Assembly (NCBI GenBank): GCA_964594455.1
Contig: CAZQLY010000001.1
Coordinates: 97-64,096, forward strand
Source: an uncultured Gammaproteobacteria bacterium
GTDB taxonomy: Bacteria; Patescibacteriota; Patescibacteriia; JAHIZJ01
Reading direction: 5' to 3'
DNA: 64,000 nucleotides
The position numbers and the translations under genes are program-made. Positions within the stretch are counted from its first letter, which is position 1, and the number at the start of each line of letters is the position of its first letter. The notes beneath the pieces are model-generated. The model made no database searches, was not told the DNA's origin, and saw only the letters and a program-made list of their open reading frames with translations. Below are positions 55,477-64,000 of the stretch, piece after piece.

Positions 55477-58400
55477 ATGAAAAAAGCGACCTGGTTAAAA
55501 ATTATTCCAGCCATTGCCTTAGTAGCTCTTTTGGGGCTATTTTTTTATCTTTATGAGCCAGACACTAAAACCACTGAGCCGGGAGACAAACCATTCGTGC
55601 CAGTCAGTATTGAAAACGCTGAAGGCAATTTCAAGCTAACTGCAGAATCTCAAGATAGTCTGGGCATAGAGCCGGACACCAAATTTATCCTGACTAGTCA
55701 GGAAGATGTTTCTAAATCAGAGGTAGAAGAAAGCATAGCTGTTGTTCCGGCTCTAGACTTTGAAGTAAAGGAAACATCAGAAAACAACTTTGAAATAATT
55801 CCGACAGCCTCGTTGACCGAGAACCAGATTTATAAATTTTCTATCGGTACAACAGTAGACGGCCAGGCTTCAGTTGCTTTAGCGGCTGAGGAAGAAACGG
55901 ACGTTACAGAATATCGTTGGGCTTATCAGGTCAAGAAAAACGTGAAGATTACCGGTACGCTGCCGCGTGATAAGGGCACTGGTGTCCCAACCAATTCTGG
56001 AATTGAAGCGACTTTCTCTACAGACACCTTCTATGACTATGATCAGTATTTTGAAATTATGCCTGATGTAAATGGCACTTTTGAAAAGCATAAGAGAACA
56101 GCAGTTTTTGTTCCAGAGGCATTGGAGTCCGATACCTTATACACAGTTACCATCAAAGCTGGTTTGCCATTTGATGGCACTGATGATGTATTGGCTGATG
56201 ATTATACGTTTAAATTTGAGACTACCTCCGGAAGGCAGGCTGGTTATAATTATGATTATTTCTCTTTTCGTGATTCAGTCTATGATTATACTGATCAGTC
56301 AGAACCAGTGCTAGAAGTATATAATTATCCTAAAGATACTGAGCGAGAGTTCACGGTCTATCAGTATCCCAATTATGACACTTTTGCCAATGCTTTATCA
56401 GACTATGTTCAGTATCCAGCCTGGGCGTACTATTCGAGAAATACTTTTACCACATCGACTGATGGACTGACTCAGGTTTTGAATTTCAAGGCTGTGCCAG
56501 AAACTTACCAGTATCGCTATTATGTGGTTTTGCCCAGTACTCTGGAAAATGGATACTATTTGATTGAGACAAAAACCTCTGATCAAACCATTCAGTCATG
56601 GATCCAAGTCAGCGATCAAGCCGCATATTTAAGCGTCAGTAAAATAAACACTTTAGTTTGGTTAAACGATTTAGAGAGCCAGCAGCCGATTGCAGGCGGC
56701 ACAGTAACCATACCTGGGCTTGAGTTGGAAGAAACAACGAATGAGTATGGTATTGCTTTTTTTGAAACTCCGGATGAATTGTCCAGTGATGAACCCGACA
56801 AATCGTATATATTTACTCTAACTGGATCAGATGGGACGAAAACTGTAATTCCTGGTGCCCAGAGCTCGTCATATTACGATTATTCATCAGAAAGCCGCAG
56901 CGACGAATTCTGGCAATATTTGTATGTTGATCGCCCGATTTATCAAAAGTCCGACACAGTAAATTTTTGGGGATTAGCCAAGTTGCGTGGTAGTGAATCA
57001 ATTCCCAGCCAGGCCACGGCCCAGCTTATAGGTTTTGATTATACTAGTTATTATGGTGAAACTACTAATATAGCTGAAACGACAGTCGAGTTAACCGATA
57101 CTGGCACGTATTTAGGTAAGCTATCTTTCCAAAACCTTATTCCCGGCTATTATACCCTTAAGATATTGGTGGATGGGGCAGAAGTTAGCCGATCCAGTGT
57201 TTATATACAAAACTACGTTAAACCCAGCTATATGATAGAGCTGGGTACTGCCAAGAAGGTAATAGTAGAAGATGAGAACAATACGGTTACGGTTAGTTCA
57301 CAGTTTTTTGAAGGCACGCCTGTGCCAAGTGTTGATTTGACCTACAATAGCAGTTTTGGGTCGGGCGGGTTGACCACCGATGAGAATGGTAGTGGATCGT
57401 TTACTTTGACAGCCGATGGAGTATCCAACTATTCCGAAACAGATTATGTCCGGGTTTATGCTGATTCAGCTGAAGCGGCAGATATCAGTTCCGAAGTTCG
57501 CTACCGGGTGTACCCGTCAGATATGTGGCTAGAATATGATTCTGAGGTGGATGAACAAAAAGCCAGCCTGGAGATGGATTTGAATTATTTAGACTTGAAA
57601 GCCATGAACAAGGATGATTATGATCTTTGGAGTGATGAGATTTATTCCGGTCCAGTATCAGATCATAAGATAACTGGTACGGTTAAAAAGGTGGTATACG
57701 ATAAAATTGAGACGGGTCAATATTATGATTTTATCAATAAAGTTACTCGCAAGACCTATCGCTATGATCGACGACTAGAGCCCTACACCAGTTTTGATAT
57801 AACAACTGATACTAATGGCGCGGCATTGTATGAATTCGATGTAGAAAAAGACAGTTCTTATGAAATAGAGACTAGTTATACTGATGATAACAACAGAACA
57901 GTAACCAGCAAACATTTCCTTTGGAGCGGTTATCGTTATTACGATGCCGATTATTCTGATATGGTGCGACTTCAGAATACCGACGAAGATACGATTTATA
58001 GTTTGGATGACCCGGTAAACTTTGCTTTCCTAAAAGGTGATGAACTGTTACCAGACAATGAACAGCCCAATAATTATTTGTATTTCCAAGCCAAAGCCGG
58101 TATCCAAGAATATTGGGTTAATCCGTCATCCAGCTACTCCTTTGATTTTTCTGCCAGCAATATTCCCAATACCTATGTTTATGGTGTGTGGTTTGATGGA
58201 TCCAATTATTCAGCCACGGATTACTATTACTACAGCTATGGGTACGGGATCCAGTACGATACCAGTGATAGTGAAATCAATGTAGAAGTTTCTTCTGACC
58301 AAAGTCAGTACCAACCAGGGGAAGAAGTAACTTTGACCGTAAATACATCTGATTCCAACAGCCAGCCTATATCCGCCCGAGTGAATTTAAATCTAGTTGA

Positions 58401-60792
58401 TGAGGCTATTTATGCTTTGCGTGATGAAGCTGTTGATCCTTTGTCTGCCGTGTACTCTAATGTTTCTTCAGGAATATTGCGTACTTATATTTCCCATGAA
58501 GAAAGCGATCTGGCGGCACCGATGGCTGAGCGCGGAGGGTGTTTTCTCGAGGGGACGCAGGTTTTGATGGGTAATGGCGGAAGTAGACCGATAGAAGAAA
58601 TTTCAGTCGGTGAATATGTCTGGACCAGATTCTCTCCGTCAAACGATCAGCTAGTCACGGCACGCGTTGCTGAAAGGTTTGAGCACATTGTAGACACGGT
58701 GATTGCAGTCAACAATGAGTTGTTCATAACACCTAACCATATACTTTGGCTCAATGGTAACTGGCAGCCAGCCGAGAATATCAAACCGGGCGATAAGTTA
58801 GTCAACAATAAGGGTGAGACCGTGTTAGTCAAAACGGTAGAATACCAAAAGGGATTATTTAAGGTCTACAATCTCCACATTGATGATCAACACACTTTTT
58901 TTGCCTCAGGTATTTACGTGCATAATGACAAGGCTGGTGCCAGGAAGAATTTCCAGGACGCAGCGCTGTTTGAAGAAGTTGAGACGGGCCTCCTCGGGCA
59001 AGCCACTACAACTTTCACATTGCCTGACAATATCACTTCCTGGCGCGTGACCGCTCAAGGCATCAGCGATGATTTGGATGTTGGCAGTACCACCGAATTA
59101 ATACCGGTAACGCTACCACTCTTTGTTGAAACAAATATCGCCCGTGAGTATTTAACGGGGGATCAGCCGATAATAAAAGTCTATGGTTATGGCAGTGATT
59201 TGGAGTCGGGTGACGCTGTAGATTTAAATGTCAGCATTGAGGACCTAAATTACGATACGACGCAAAACGGTCAGGCTTTTGAACCATCCAGTTTTGAACT
59301 GCCGGAAATGACTAGCGGAGTTTATGACGTGTATATTACTGCCACGGCTGGAAATCAAGAGGACACAATTTTGAAGAAGCTGAGCGTGATTGATAGTCAT
59401 TGGGAAAAAGAATCAGCGAATTATTATACCCTAGAAGAGGGTTTGCAGATTGAAGGCGCCGATGACCGACAAACAACACTGTTGTTTATGGATCGCAACC
59501 GAGGATACTTTTATCGCGATTTGTTAAGACTGTATTACAGCTGGGGCGAACGGGTAGACCAAAAATACGCCAAGAAATTAGCTGCGGAGTACATGAATAC
59601 ATATTTTGAAGATAGCTATAATGTTGAAGATTTTGATGGATCAGTTTATCAGACATCAGATGGTGGAATTTCCATCCTGCCGTATTCGTCATCAGAATTT
59701 GAGTTGTCAGCGCATTTAGCAAATCTGGCACCTGGAGAATTTGATGCCAGCGCTCTGACCAACTATTTCACTAACTTTGTAACGAGTGAAGATGCAAATC
59801 TGGAAGAAGTAATTATTGCTTATTACGGTTTGGCAAATTTAGGTGAGGCGGTATTAAATCAAGTTATCCAGATATACGAAAATAATGAGATCAGCGATCA
59901 ACTAAAATTGTATGTGGCCCTGACTCTGGACAAATTAGGGGCTGGTGAATATGCCCGGGTGATTTACAACGATGTTGTTAACCGGCTGGCTGAGACTCAA
60001 GATCCTTATATCAGATTACTTCTAGGAGAAGATGAAGATGATTATTTGAAATACACAGTTTTGGCGTCTATTTTAGCCAACAGTCTTTCGACAGATGAAG
60101 AGAGTGGTTTATATGAGTATGTCAGAAGCAAATGGACTGAGGAAATTTTGATAAACGTTGAAAAATTGATTTATCTACGACAGGCCTTACCCACTGCCGA
60201 AGCCGGACCCGTCAGCTTCAAATACACCGTTGGTAGTCGCTCGGATTTAGTTACCCTAGAGAAATACAAGAAATACAAACTATTATTGTCTCCAGATGAA
60301 CTGGATCAAATAGAGTTTTCTGACATTTCTGGAACTGTGGGTGTGATCAGTTATTATACCGAGCCGGCTAATCCTGATTTGGTGACGGTTGACAATCAAG
60401 TAGGTATATCACGATCCTATCAGGTTGTTGGTGGCGATAGAACTACCAATTTTTCTGAGGGTGACATAGTGCTGGTTACTCTAGATCACCAGATTAATAA
60501 TAACGCCATTGACGAGACATACCAAGTGACTGACTATCTGCCCAGTGGCTTAACTGTGATTAGCGAACCATTCTCTCGACTTCAGTACGGAGCCTATGAA
60601 GCCAATTGGCCTTATTTGATTGATGGACAGAAAGTCGCATTCCGGGCTTGGAAAGGCTGGGATAAATTGATCAAGTATTATGCTAGGGTAAATAACCAAG
60701 GCGAGTTCATGACTGATCCAGTGATGATCCAGGGTTACAGAGTGAAAGACAGTCTCAATATGTCGGATACTGTCACAGTAACCATAGAATGA
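55477..60792 (+). CDS. alpha-2-macroglobulin-like (MG-domain) protein with mini-intein/Hint (BIL-type) domain inserted at the bait-region position; membrane anchored
   Basis: 1771 aa. N-terminal TM. A2M hallmark RKNFQDAALFEE...LPDNITSWRV downstream of the bait region. No CxEQ thioester. Hint blocks CFLEGTQVLMGNG, TPNH, VYNLHIDDQHTFFASGIYVHN at nt 58540-58926. +1 residue is Asp. Confidence 0.7.
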   Translation: MKKATWLKIIPAIALVALLGLFFYLYEPDTKTTEPGDKPFVPVSIENAEGNFKLTAESQDSLGIEPDTKFILTSQEDVSKSEVEESIAVVPALDFEVKETSENNFEIIPTASLTENQIYKFSIGTTVDGQASVALAAEEETDVTEYRWAYQVKKNVKITGTLPRDKGTGVPTNSGIEATFSTDTFYDYDQYFEIMPDVNGTFEKHKRTAVFVPEALESDTLYTVTIKAGLPFDGTDDVLADDYTFKFETTSGRQAGYNYDYFSFRDSVYDYTDQSEPVLEVYNYPKDTEREFTVYQYPNYDTFANALSDYVQYPAWAYYSRNTFTTSTDGLTQVLNFKAVPETYQYRYYVVLPSTLENGYYLIETKTSDQTIQSWIQVSDQAAYLSVSKINTLVWLNDLESQQPIAGGTVTIPGLELEETTNEYGIAFFETPDELSSDEPDKSYIFTLTGSDGTKTVIPGAQSSSYYDYSSESRSDEFWQYLYVDRPIYQKSDTVNFWGLAKLRGSESIPSQATAQLIGFDYTSYYGETTNIAETTVELTDTGTYLGKLSFQNLIPGYYTLKILVDGAEVSRSSVYIQNYVKPSYMIELGTAKKVIVEDENNTVTVSSQFFEGTPVPSVDLTYNSSFGSGGLTTDENGSGSFTLTADGVSNYSETDYVRVYADSAEAADISSEVRYRVYPSDMWLEYDSEVDEQKASLEMDLNYLDLKAMNKDDYDLWSDEIYSGPVSDHKITGTVKKVVYDKIETGQYYDFINKVTRKTYRYDRRLEPYTSFDITTDTNGAALYEFDVEKDSSYEIETSYTDDNNRTVTSKHFLWSGYRYYDADYSDMVRLQNTDEDTIYSLDDPVNFAFLKGDELLPDNEQPNNYLYFQAKAGIQEYWVNPSSSYSFDFSASNIPNTYVYGVWFDGSNYSATDYYYYSYGYGIQYDTSDSEINVEVSSDQSQYQPGEEVTLTVNTSDSNSQPISARVNLNLVDEAIYALRDEAVDPLSAVYSNVSSGILRTYISHEESDLAAPMAERGGCFLEGTQVLMGNGGSRPIEEISVGEYVWTRFSPSNDQLVTARVAERFEHIVDTVIAVNNELFITPNHILWLNGNWQPAENIKPGDKLVNNKGETVLVKTVEYQKGLFKVYNLHIDDQHTFFASGIYVHNDKAGARKNFQDAALFEEVETGLLGQATTTFTLPDNITSWRVTAQGISDDLDVGSTTELIPVTLPLFVETNIAREYLTGDQPIIKVYGYGSDLESGDAVDLNVSIEDLNYDTTQNGQAFEPSSFELPEMTSGVYDVYITATAGNQEDTILKKLSVIDSHWEKESANYYTLEEGLQIEGADDRQTTLLFMDRNRGYFYRDLLRLYYSWGERVDQKYAKKLAAEYMNTYFEDSYNVEDFDGSVYQTSDGGISILPYSSSEFELSAHLANLAPGEFDASALTNYFTNFVTSEDANLEEVIIAYYGLANLGEAVLNQVIQIYENNEISDQLKLYVALTLDKLGAGEYARVIYNDVVNRLAETQDPYIRLLLGEDEDDYLKYTVLASILANSLSTDEESGLYEYVRSKWTEEILINVEKLIYLRQALPTAEAGPVSFKYTVGSRSDLVTLEKYKKYKLLLSPDELDQIEFSDISGTVGVISYYTEPANPDLVTVDNQVGISRSYQVVGGDRTTNFSEGDIVLVTLDHQINNNAIDETYQVTDYLPSGLTVISEPFSRLQYGAYEANWPYLIDGQKVAFRAWKGWDKLIKYYARVNNQGEFMTDPVMIQGYRVKDSLNMSDTVTVTIE

Positions 60793-61676
60793 GGCCAAAT
60801 CGTTCAGTCACTATAACAGTAAGTGCCGCCGCTGTCGCACTAGCGGCTGGTGCTTTCGTATTCTGTCGCTCTGGTGTTAACAGCGAATCGGCTAGTTATA
60901 AATCCCAAGCGTTAAATCCGAGCATGTTTTCAGTTACTGATTTTTTTGCTGAATACGATAACCCTTCTGAAGATGTATGCCATAATTCAATGCTGGGCGG
61001 GATTACCACCCATCATCAGCAAGCTAGTGCCTTGATCGGTCAGTTTTTCAGATGCTTAGCTGTTTCTACCCAACCAGAAACCGTTATTCTAATTGGACCC
61101 AACCATTATCATCAAGGTAGTCGGGGAGTGCTAGTAGCCAGCCAGGCCTGGAATACTACATTTGGAATTGTTGAACCTGACATTGAAAAGATATCAGAAT
61201 TAGCTGAGTCGGATTTAATAGAGATAAATGATTATGTAGTTAGTCAAGACCACGCAGTTGGTTTGCTAGTTCCGTATCTGTCATATTACTTTCCTGAGGC
61301 CAAGGTTGTGCCTTTGTTAATTAATTATAGCGTTAGTGAGTCTCAAGCCGAAAGATTTCAGGAATTCTTATCTCGAGTTATGGATGAAAACACAATAGTT
61401 GTTGGTTCAATAGATTTTTCCCACTATTTAGCCTCAGCTGAGGCGTCTCAGATGGACATTGAAACAGAAAAATTGGTTACAGAATTTAAATTGGATGAAG
61501 TTTACGAATACGGCGATGAACACTATGATACTGCCCCAGGCCTGTATACTATTTTAGCTTTAATGCAAAGACAAAACGCTCGGGCGGAAACGATTGCTCA
61601 CTCAGACACTTCGGCATTTAACGGCGTTTCCAGCTATGTAACCAGTTATTTCAACTGGGTGTTTCTGTCCAAATAA
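60789..61676 (+). CDS. MEMO1/AmmeMemoRadiSam-system-protein-B-like (class III extradiol-dioxygenase fold)
   Basis: GGITTHH...ILIGPNHY..G and DHAVG motifs. Confidence 0.55.
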   Translation: MRPNRSVTITVSAAAVALAAGAFVFCRSGVNSESASYKSQALNPSMFSVTDFFAEYDNPSEDVCHNSMLGGITTHHQQASALIGQFFRCLAVSTQPETVILIGPNHYHQGSRGVLVASQAWNTTFGIVEPDIEKISELAESDLIEINDYVVSQDHAVGLLVPYLSYYFPEAKVVPLLINYSVSESQAERFQEFLSRVMDENTIVVGSIDFSHYLASAEASQMDIETEKLVTEFKLDEVYEYGDEHYDTAPGLYTILALMQRQNARAETIAHSDTSAFNGVSSYVTSYFNWVFLSK

Positions 61677-61736
61677 ATTGTATTTATAGTTATGAATGTG
61701 TTAAAGTCAACACATTGTCATTAACTATATTTATAT

Positions 61737-63767
61737 ATGCATGATAATAATCATCAGCACTATCATAACGATGGCGTGGGAAGTGTTGATCACAACATCC
61801 ATCATAAACATATGGTGGCTGATTTTAAGAAAAGATTTTTCATTTGTACTGTATTAACCTTTCCGGTGTTAGCACTAACACCCATAGCCCAAGATCTATT
61901 GGGATTAGAATTTAGCTTTTTAGGTGATTCCTATATTGTCTTAGCGATTTCCACCTTTATCTATTTTTATGGTGGGTGGCCCTTTTTGAAAGAGTTTGTA
62001 AACGAGCTAAAGAAAAAATCGCCAGGTATGATGACTTTAATTGCTGTGGCGATTAGCGTCTCATATATTTACAGTGCTAGCGTAGTATTAGGCGTATCTG
62101 GTAAGTTGTTTTTTTGGGAGCTAGTTACTTTGATTGACGTTATGCTTCTGGGGCATTGGATAGAAATGCGCTCAGTTTTGGGTGCCGGACAAGCACTGAG
62201 TAGTTTAGCTAAATTGATGCCTTCTACAGCCCATAAGATATCTGAGAATGGCGACAGATCTATAAACAACGCCCAGACGGTCAATGATGTACCAATAAAT
62301 TCATTAAAATTAGGGGACTGGGTTCTAGTTAAACCGGGGGAGAAAATCCCGGTAGATGGAGAAGTAACAGAGGGTAAAAGTTCAGTTAATGAGTCAATGC
62401 TGACGGGTGAATCAGAACCGGTTTTGAAGAACCCAGGCCGTAAAGTAGTTGGTGCTTCGATAAATGGTGAAGGATCTCTTTCGGTGCGTGTTGAAAAGGC
62501 TGGGGAAGATTCATATCTAGCTCAAATGATTAATCTAGTTAACGAGGCCCGAAAAAGTAAATCACGGACTCAGGATTTAGCAAACCGGGTGGCTTTATGG
62601 TTAACGATCATTGCTCTGATAGTTGGCAGCGCGACTTTTTTGGTTTGGTTGGTAGCGTCAAATCAGGGTTTATCATTTGCCATAGAACGGGCGGTTACTG
62701 TTATGGTGATTACTTGTCCACACGCTTTAGGTTTAGCCGTTCCACTGGTAGCGGCTGTTTCTACTTCCTTGGCAGCCCGTCGAGGTTTTTTGATCAGAAA
62801 TAGATCAGCCTTTGAAAAAATGAGAAACGTTGATGCTATAGTTTTTGATAAAACAGGTACTTTAACGAAGGGGAGCTTTGAAGTTACAGATGCAATTGCA
62901 TTAACAAACGAGCTAGACGTTGAAGAGGTGATGCGATTGGCTGGCTCGGTTGAAGCACGCTCTAGTCATCCAATCGCTCAAGGCATTGTTAAATCGTCTG
63001 ACAATACATATCAGGTTAAGGATTTTCAAAATATTCCCGGTAAAGGCGCCAAAGCTATCGTAAACGGTAAAGCAATATCTGTTGTCAGCCCTGCCTATTT
63101 GAAAGAAAAAGAAATTTCCATTGATTCAGATAAAATAAAACCAGAGGATAAAGAGGGAAGGGGTGTTGTTTATGTATTGGACAATGATAAACCAATTGGT
63201 GCGATTTATTTAGCCGATATAGTCAGACCGGAATCTAGGCCAGCCATAGAGAAATTAAATGATATGGGTATTAAAACGATAATGATGACTGGTGATAATC
63301 AGCAAGTGGCAGACAGAGTGGCTAAGGAAGTTGGAATAAAAGAATATTTTTCTGAAGTTTTACCAGAAAATAAAGCAGACAAGATAAAAGAAATCCAGTC
63401 CCGCAGCGCCACTGTAGCAATGACCGGAGACGGCGTTAATGACGCACCAGCGTTGGCACAGGCTGATGTTGGAATAGCCATTGGAGCCGGGACTGATGTT
63501 ACGATTGAAACCGCTGACGTCATTTTGGTAAGAAGCAACCCAAAAGATATTGTGGGAATTGTTACCCTATCTCAATCTACCTACCGTAAGATGATCCAGA
63601 ATCTGGTCTGGGCGGTTGGATACAATGCTCTGGCCATACCTTTGGCTGCTGGCGTTTTGTACTACTCGGGTATTGTGCTGGGACCTGCCTTGGGCGCTTT
63701 GCTTATGTCTTTGTCTACAGTGATAGTGGCCGTGAACGCCAGATTTTTGAAATTAAAGACTGCATAG
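61737..63767 (+). CDS. copper-translocating P1B-type ATPase (CopB-like, His-rich N-terminus, CPH motif)
   Basis: His-rich N-terminus. [32 protein letters not shown]. Confidence 0.85.
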   Translation: MHDNNHQHYHNDGVGSVDHNIHHKHMVADFKKRFFICTVLTFPVLALTPIAQDLLGLEFSFLGDSYIVLAISTFIYFYGGWPFLKEFVNELKKKSPGMMTLIAVAISVSYIYSASVVLGVSGKLFFWELVTLIDVMLLGHWIEMRSVLGAGQALSSLAKLMPSTAHKISENGDRSINNAQTVNDVPINSLKLGDWVLVKPGEKIPVDGEVTEGKSSVNESMLTGESEPVLKNPGRKVVGASINGEGSLSVRVEKAGEDSYLAQMINLVNEARKSKSRTQDLANRVALWLTIIALIVGSATFLVWLVASNQGLSFAIERAVTVMVITCPHALGLAVPLVAAVSTSLAARRGFLIRNRSAFEKMRNVDAIVFDKTGTLTKGSFEVTDAIALTNELDVEEVMRLAGSVEARSSHPIAQGIVKSSDNTYQVKDFQNIPGKGAKAIVNGKAISVVSPAYLKEKEISIDSDKIKPEDKEGRGVVYVLDNDKPIGAIYLADIVRPESRPAIEKLNDMGIKTIMMTGDNQQVADRVAKEVGIKEYFSEVLPENKADKIKEIQSRSATVAMTGDGVNDAPALAQADVGIAIGAGTDVTIETADVILVRSNPKDIVGIVTLSQSTYRKMIQNLVWAVGYNALAIPLAAGVLYYSGIVLGPALGALLMSLSTVIVAVNARFLKLKTA

Positions 63768-63768
63768 T

Positions 63769-64000
63769 TCAATCCATATTGACACTGAAGCGCCAAAATG
63801 GAGCGGTCAGGTTTAATCCTCCAGAAGCAAGGTTAATAGCGCGTTTAAGCATGAGTTGAGATAATTGCTCATCCAGAGCACCACGTTTCTCAATATTACC
63901 GGAATAATATTTTTCTAGATTCGATACTGCTCGATCATCACCCAGCTGCCCAAGAGCCCAGATGGCTGAATTTCTGCTGCGTAAGTCATTATCTTCATCG
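63769..64000 (-). CDS. HEAT/PBS-lyase-repeat protein, C-terminal fragment (gene continues beyond window)
   Basis: Reverse translation ...DEDNDLRSRNSAIWALGQLGDDRAVSNLEKYY... ends with TGA at 63769-63771. Confidence 0.4.
   Translation of the reverse strand, partial: DEDNDLRSRNSAIWALGQLGDDRAVSNLEKYYSGNIEKRGALDEQLSQLMLKRAINLASGGLNLTAPFWRFSVNMD

Overview
This is a low-GC bacterial window (about 35-40% by eye) with small, tightly packed genes, nearly all on the + strand, and weak Shine-Dalgarno usage. Gene content resembles a reduced-genome uncultivated lineage (Patescibacteria/CPR-like): a short glycolysis/fermentation operon, few biosynthetic genes and pilin-like proteins. Core content, as gene (product): a pgk-eno-gpmI-pfkB-pduL-ackA operon, recJ, rnhA (RNase HI), lepA, murJ, ftsB-like (septum-formation initiator FtsB/DivIC), ftsE, ftsX, an RlpA-like gene, an EPS/glycosyltransferase cluster (polyprenyl-phosphate sugar transferase, three GT4, Wzz-like, DUF4012-like), rnpB (RNase P RNA), four tRNAs (Thr-CGU, Gly-CCC, Gln-UUG, Asn-GUU) and a CopB-type P-type ATPase. 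Accessory content is concentrated in several sharply bounded high-GC patches (about 55-58%) whose genes carry strong AAGGAGG ribosome-binding sites. These include three secreted peptidoglycan hydrolases (M23 lipoprotein, CHAP amidase, M23+FG-GAP+T9SS-type C-terminal domain), small hypothetical genes next to rnpB, a 2.6-kb island of small ORFs, and a roughly 1-kb insert beside tRNA-Asn flanked by a 15-bp direct repeat of the tRNA 3' end. The two most interesting candidates follow. (1) A CqsA/CqsS-like module: an alpha-oxoamine synthase immediately upstream of a multi-TM/GAF sensor histidine kinase, preceded by three tandem stand-alone paralogs of the kinase's 7TM sensor domain and a leader-peptide-like mini-ORF. 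(2) A 1771-aa alpha-2-macroglobulin-like protein with no thioester motif, carrying a mini-intein/Hint (BIL-type) domain exactly where the bait region should be. Further items are a family of membrane-anchored N/T-rich proteins with a conserved leader hairpin and a segmental duplication, a 75-bp direct repeat flanking an inserted gene, a structured RNA candidate with its own promoter and terminator, and several palindromic or inverted-repeat elements. No CRISPR arrays or transposase or integrase genes were found.
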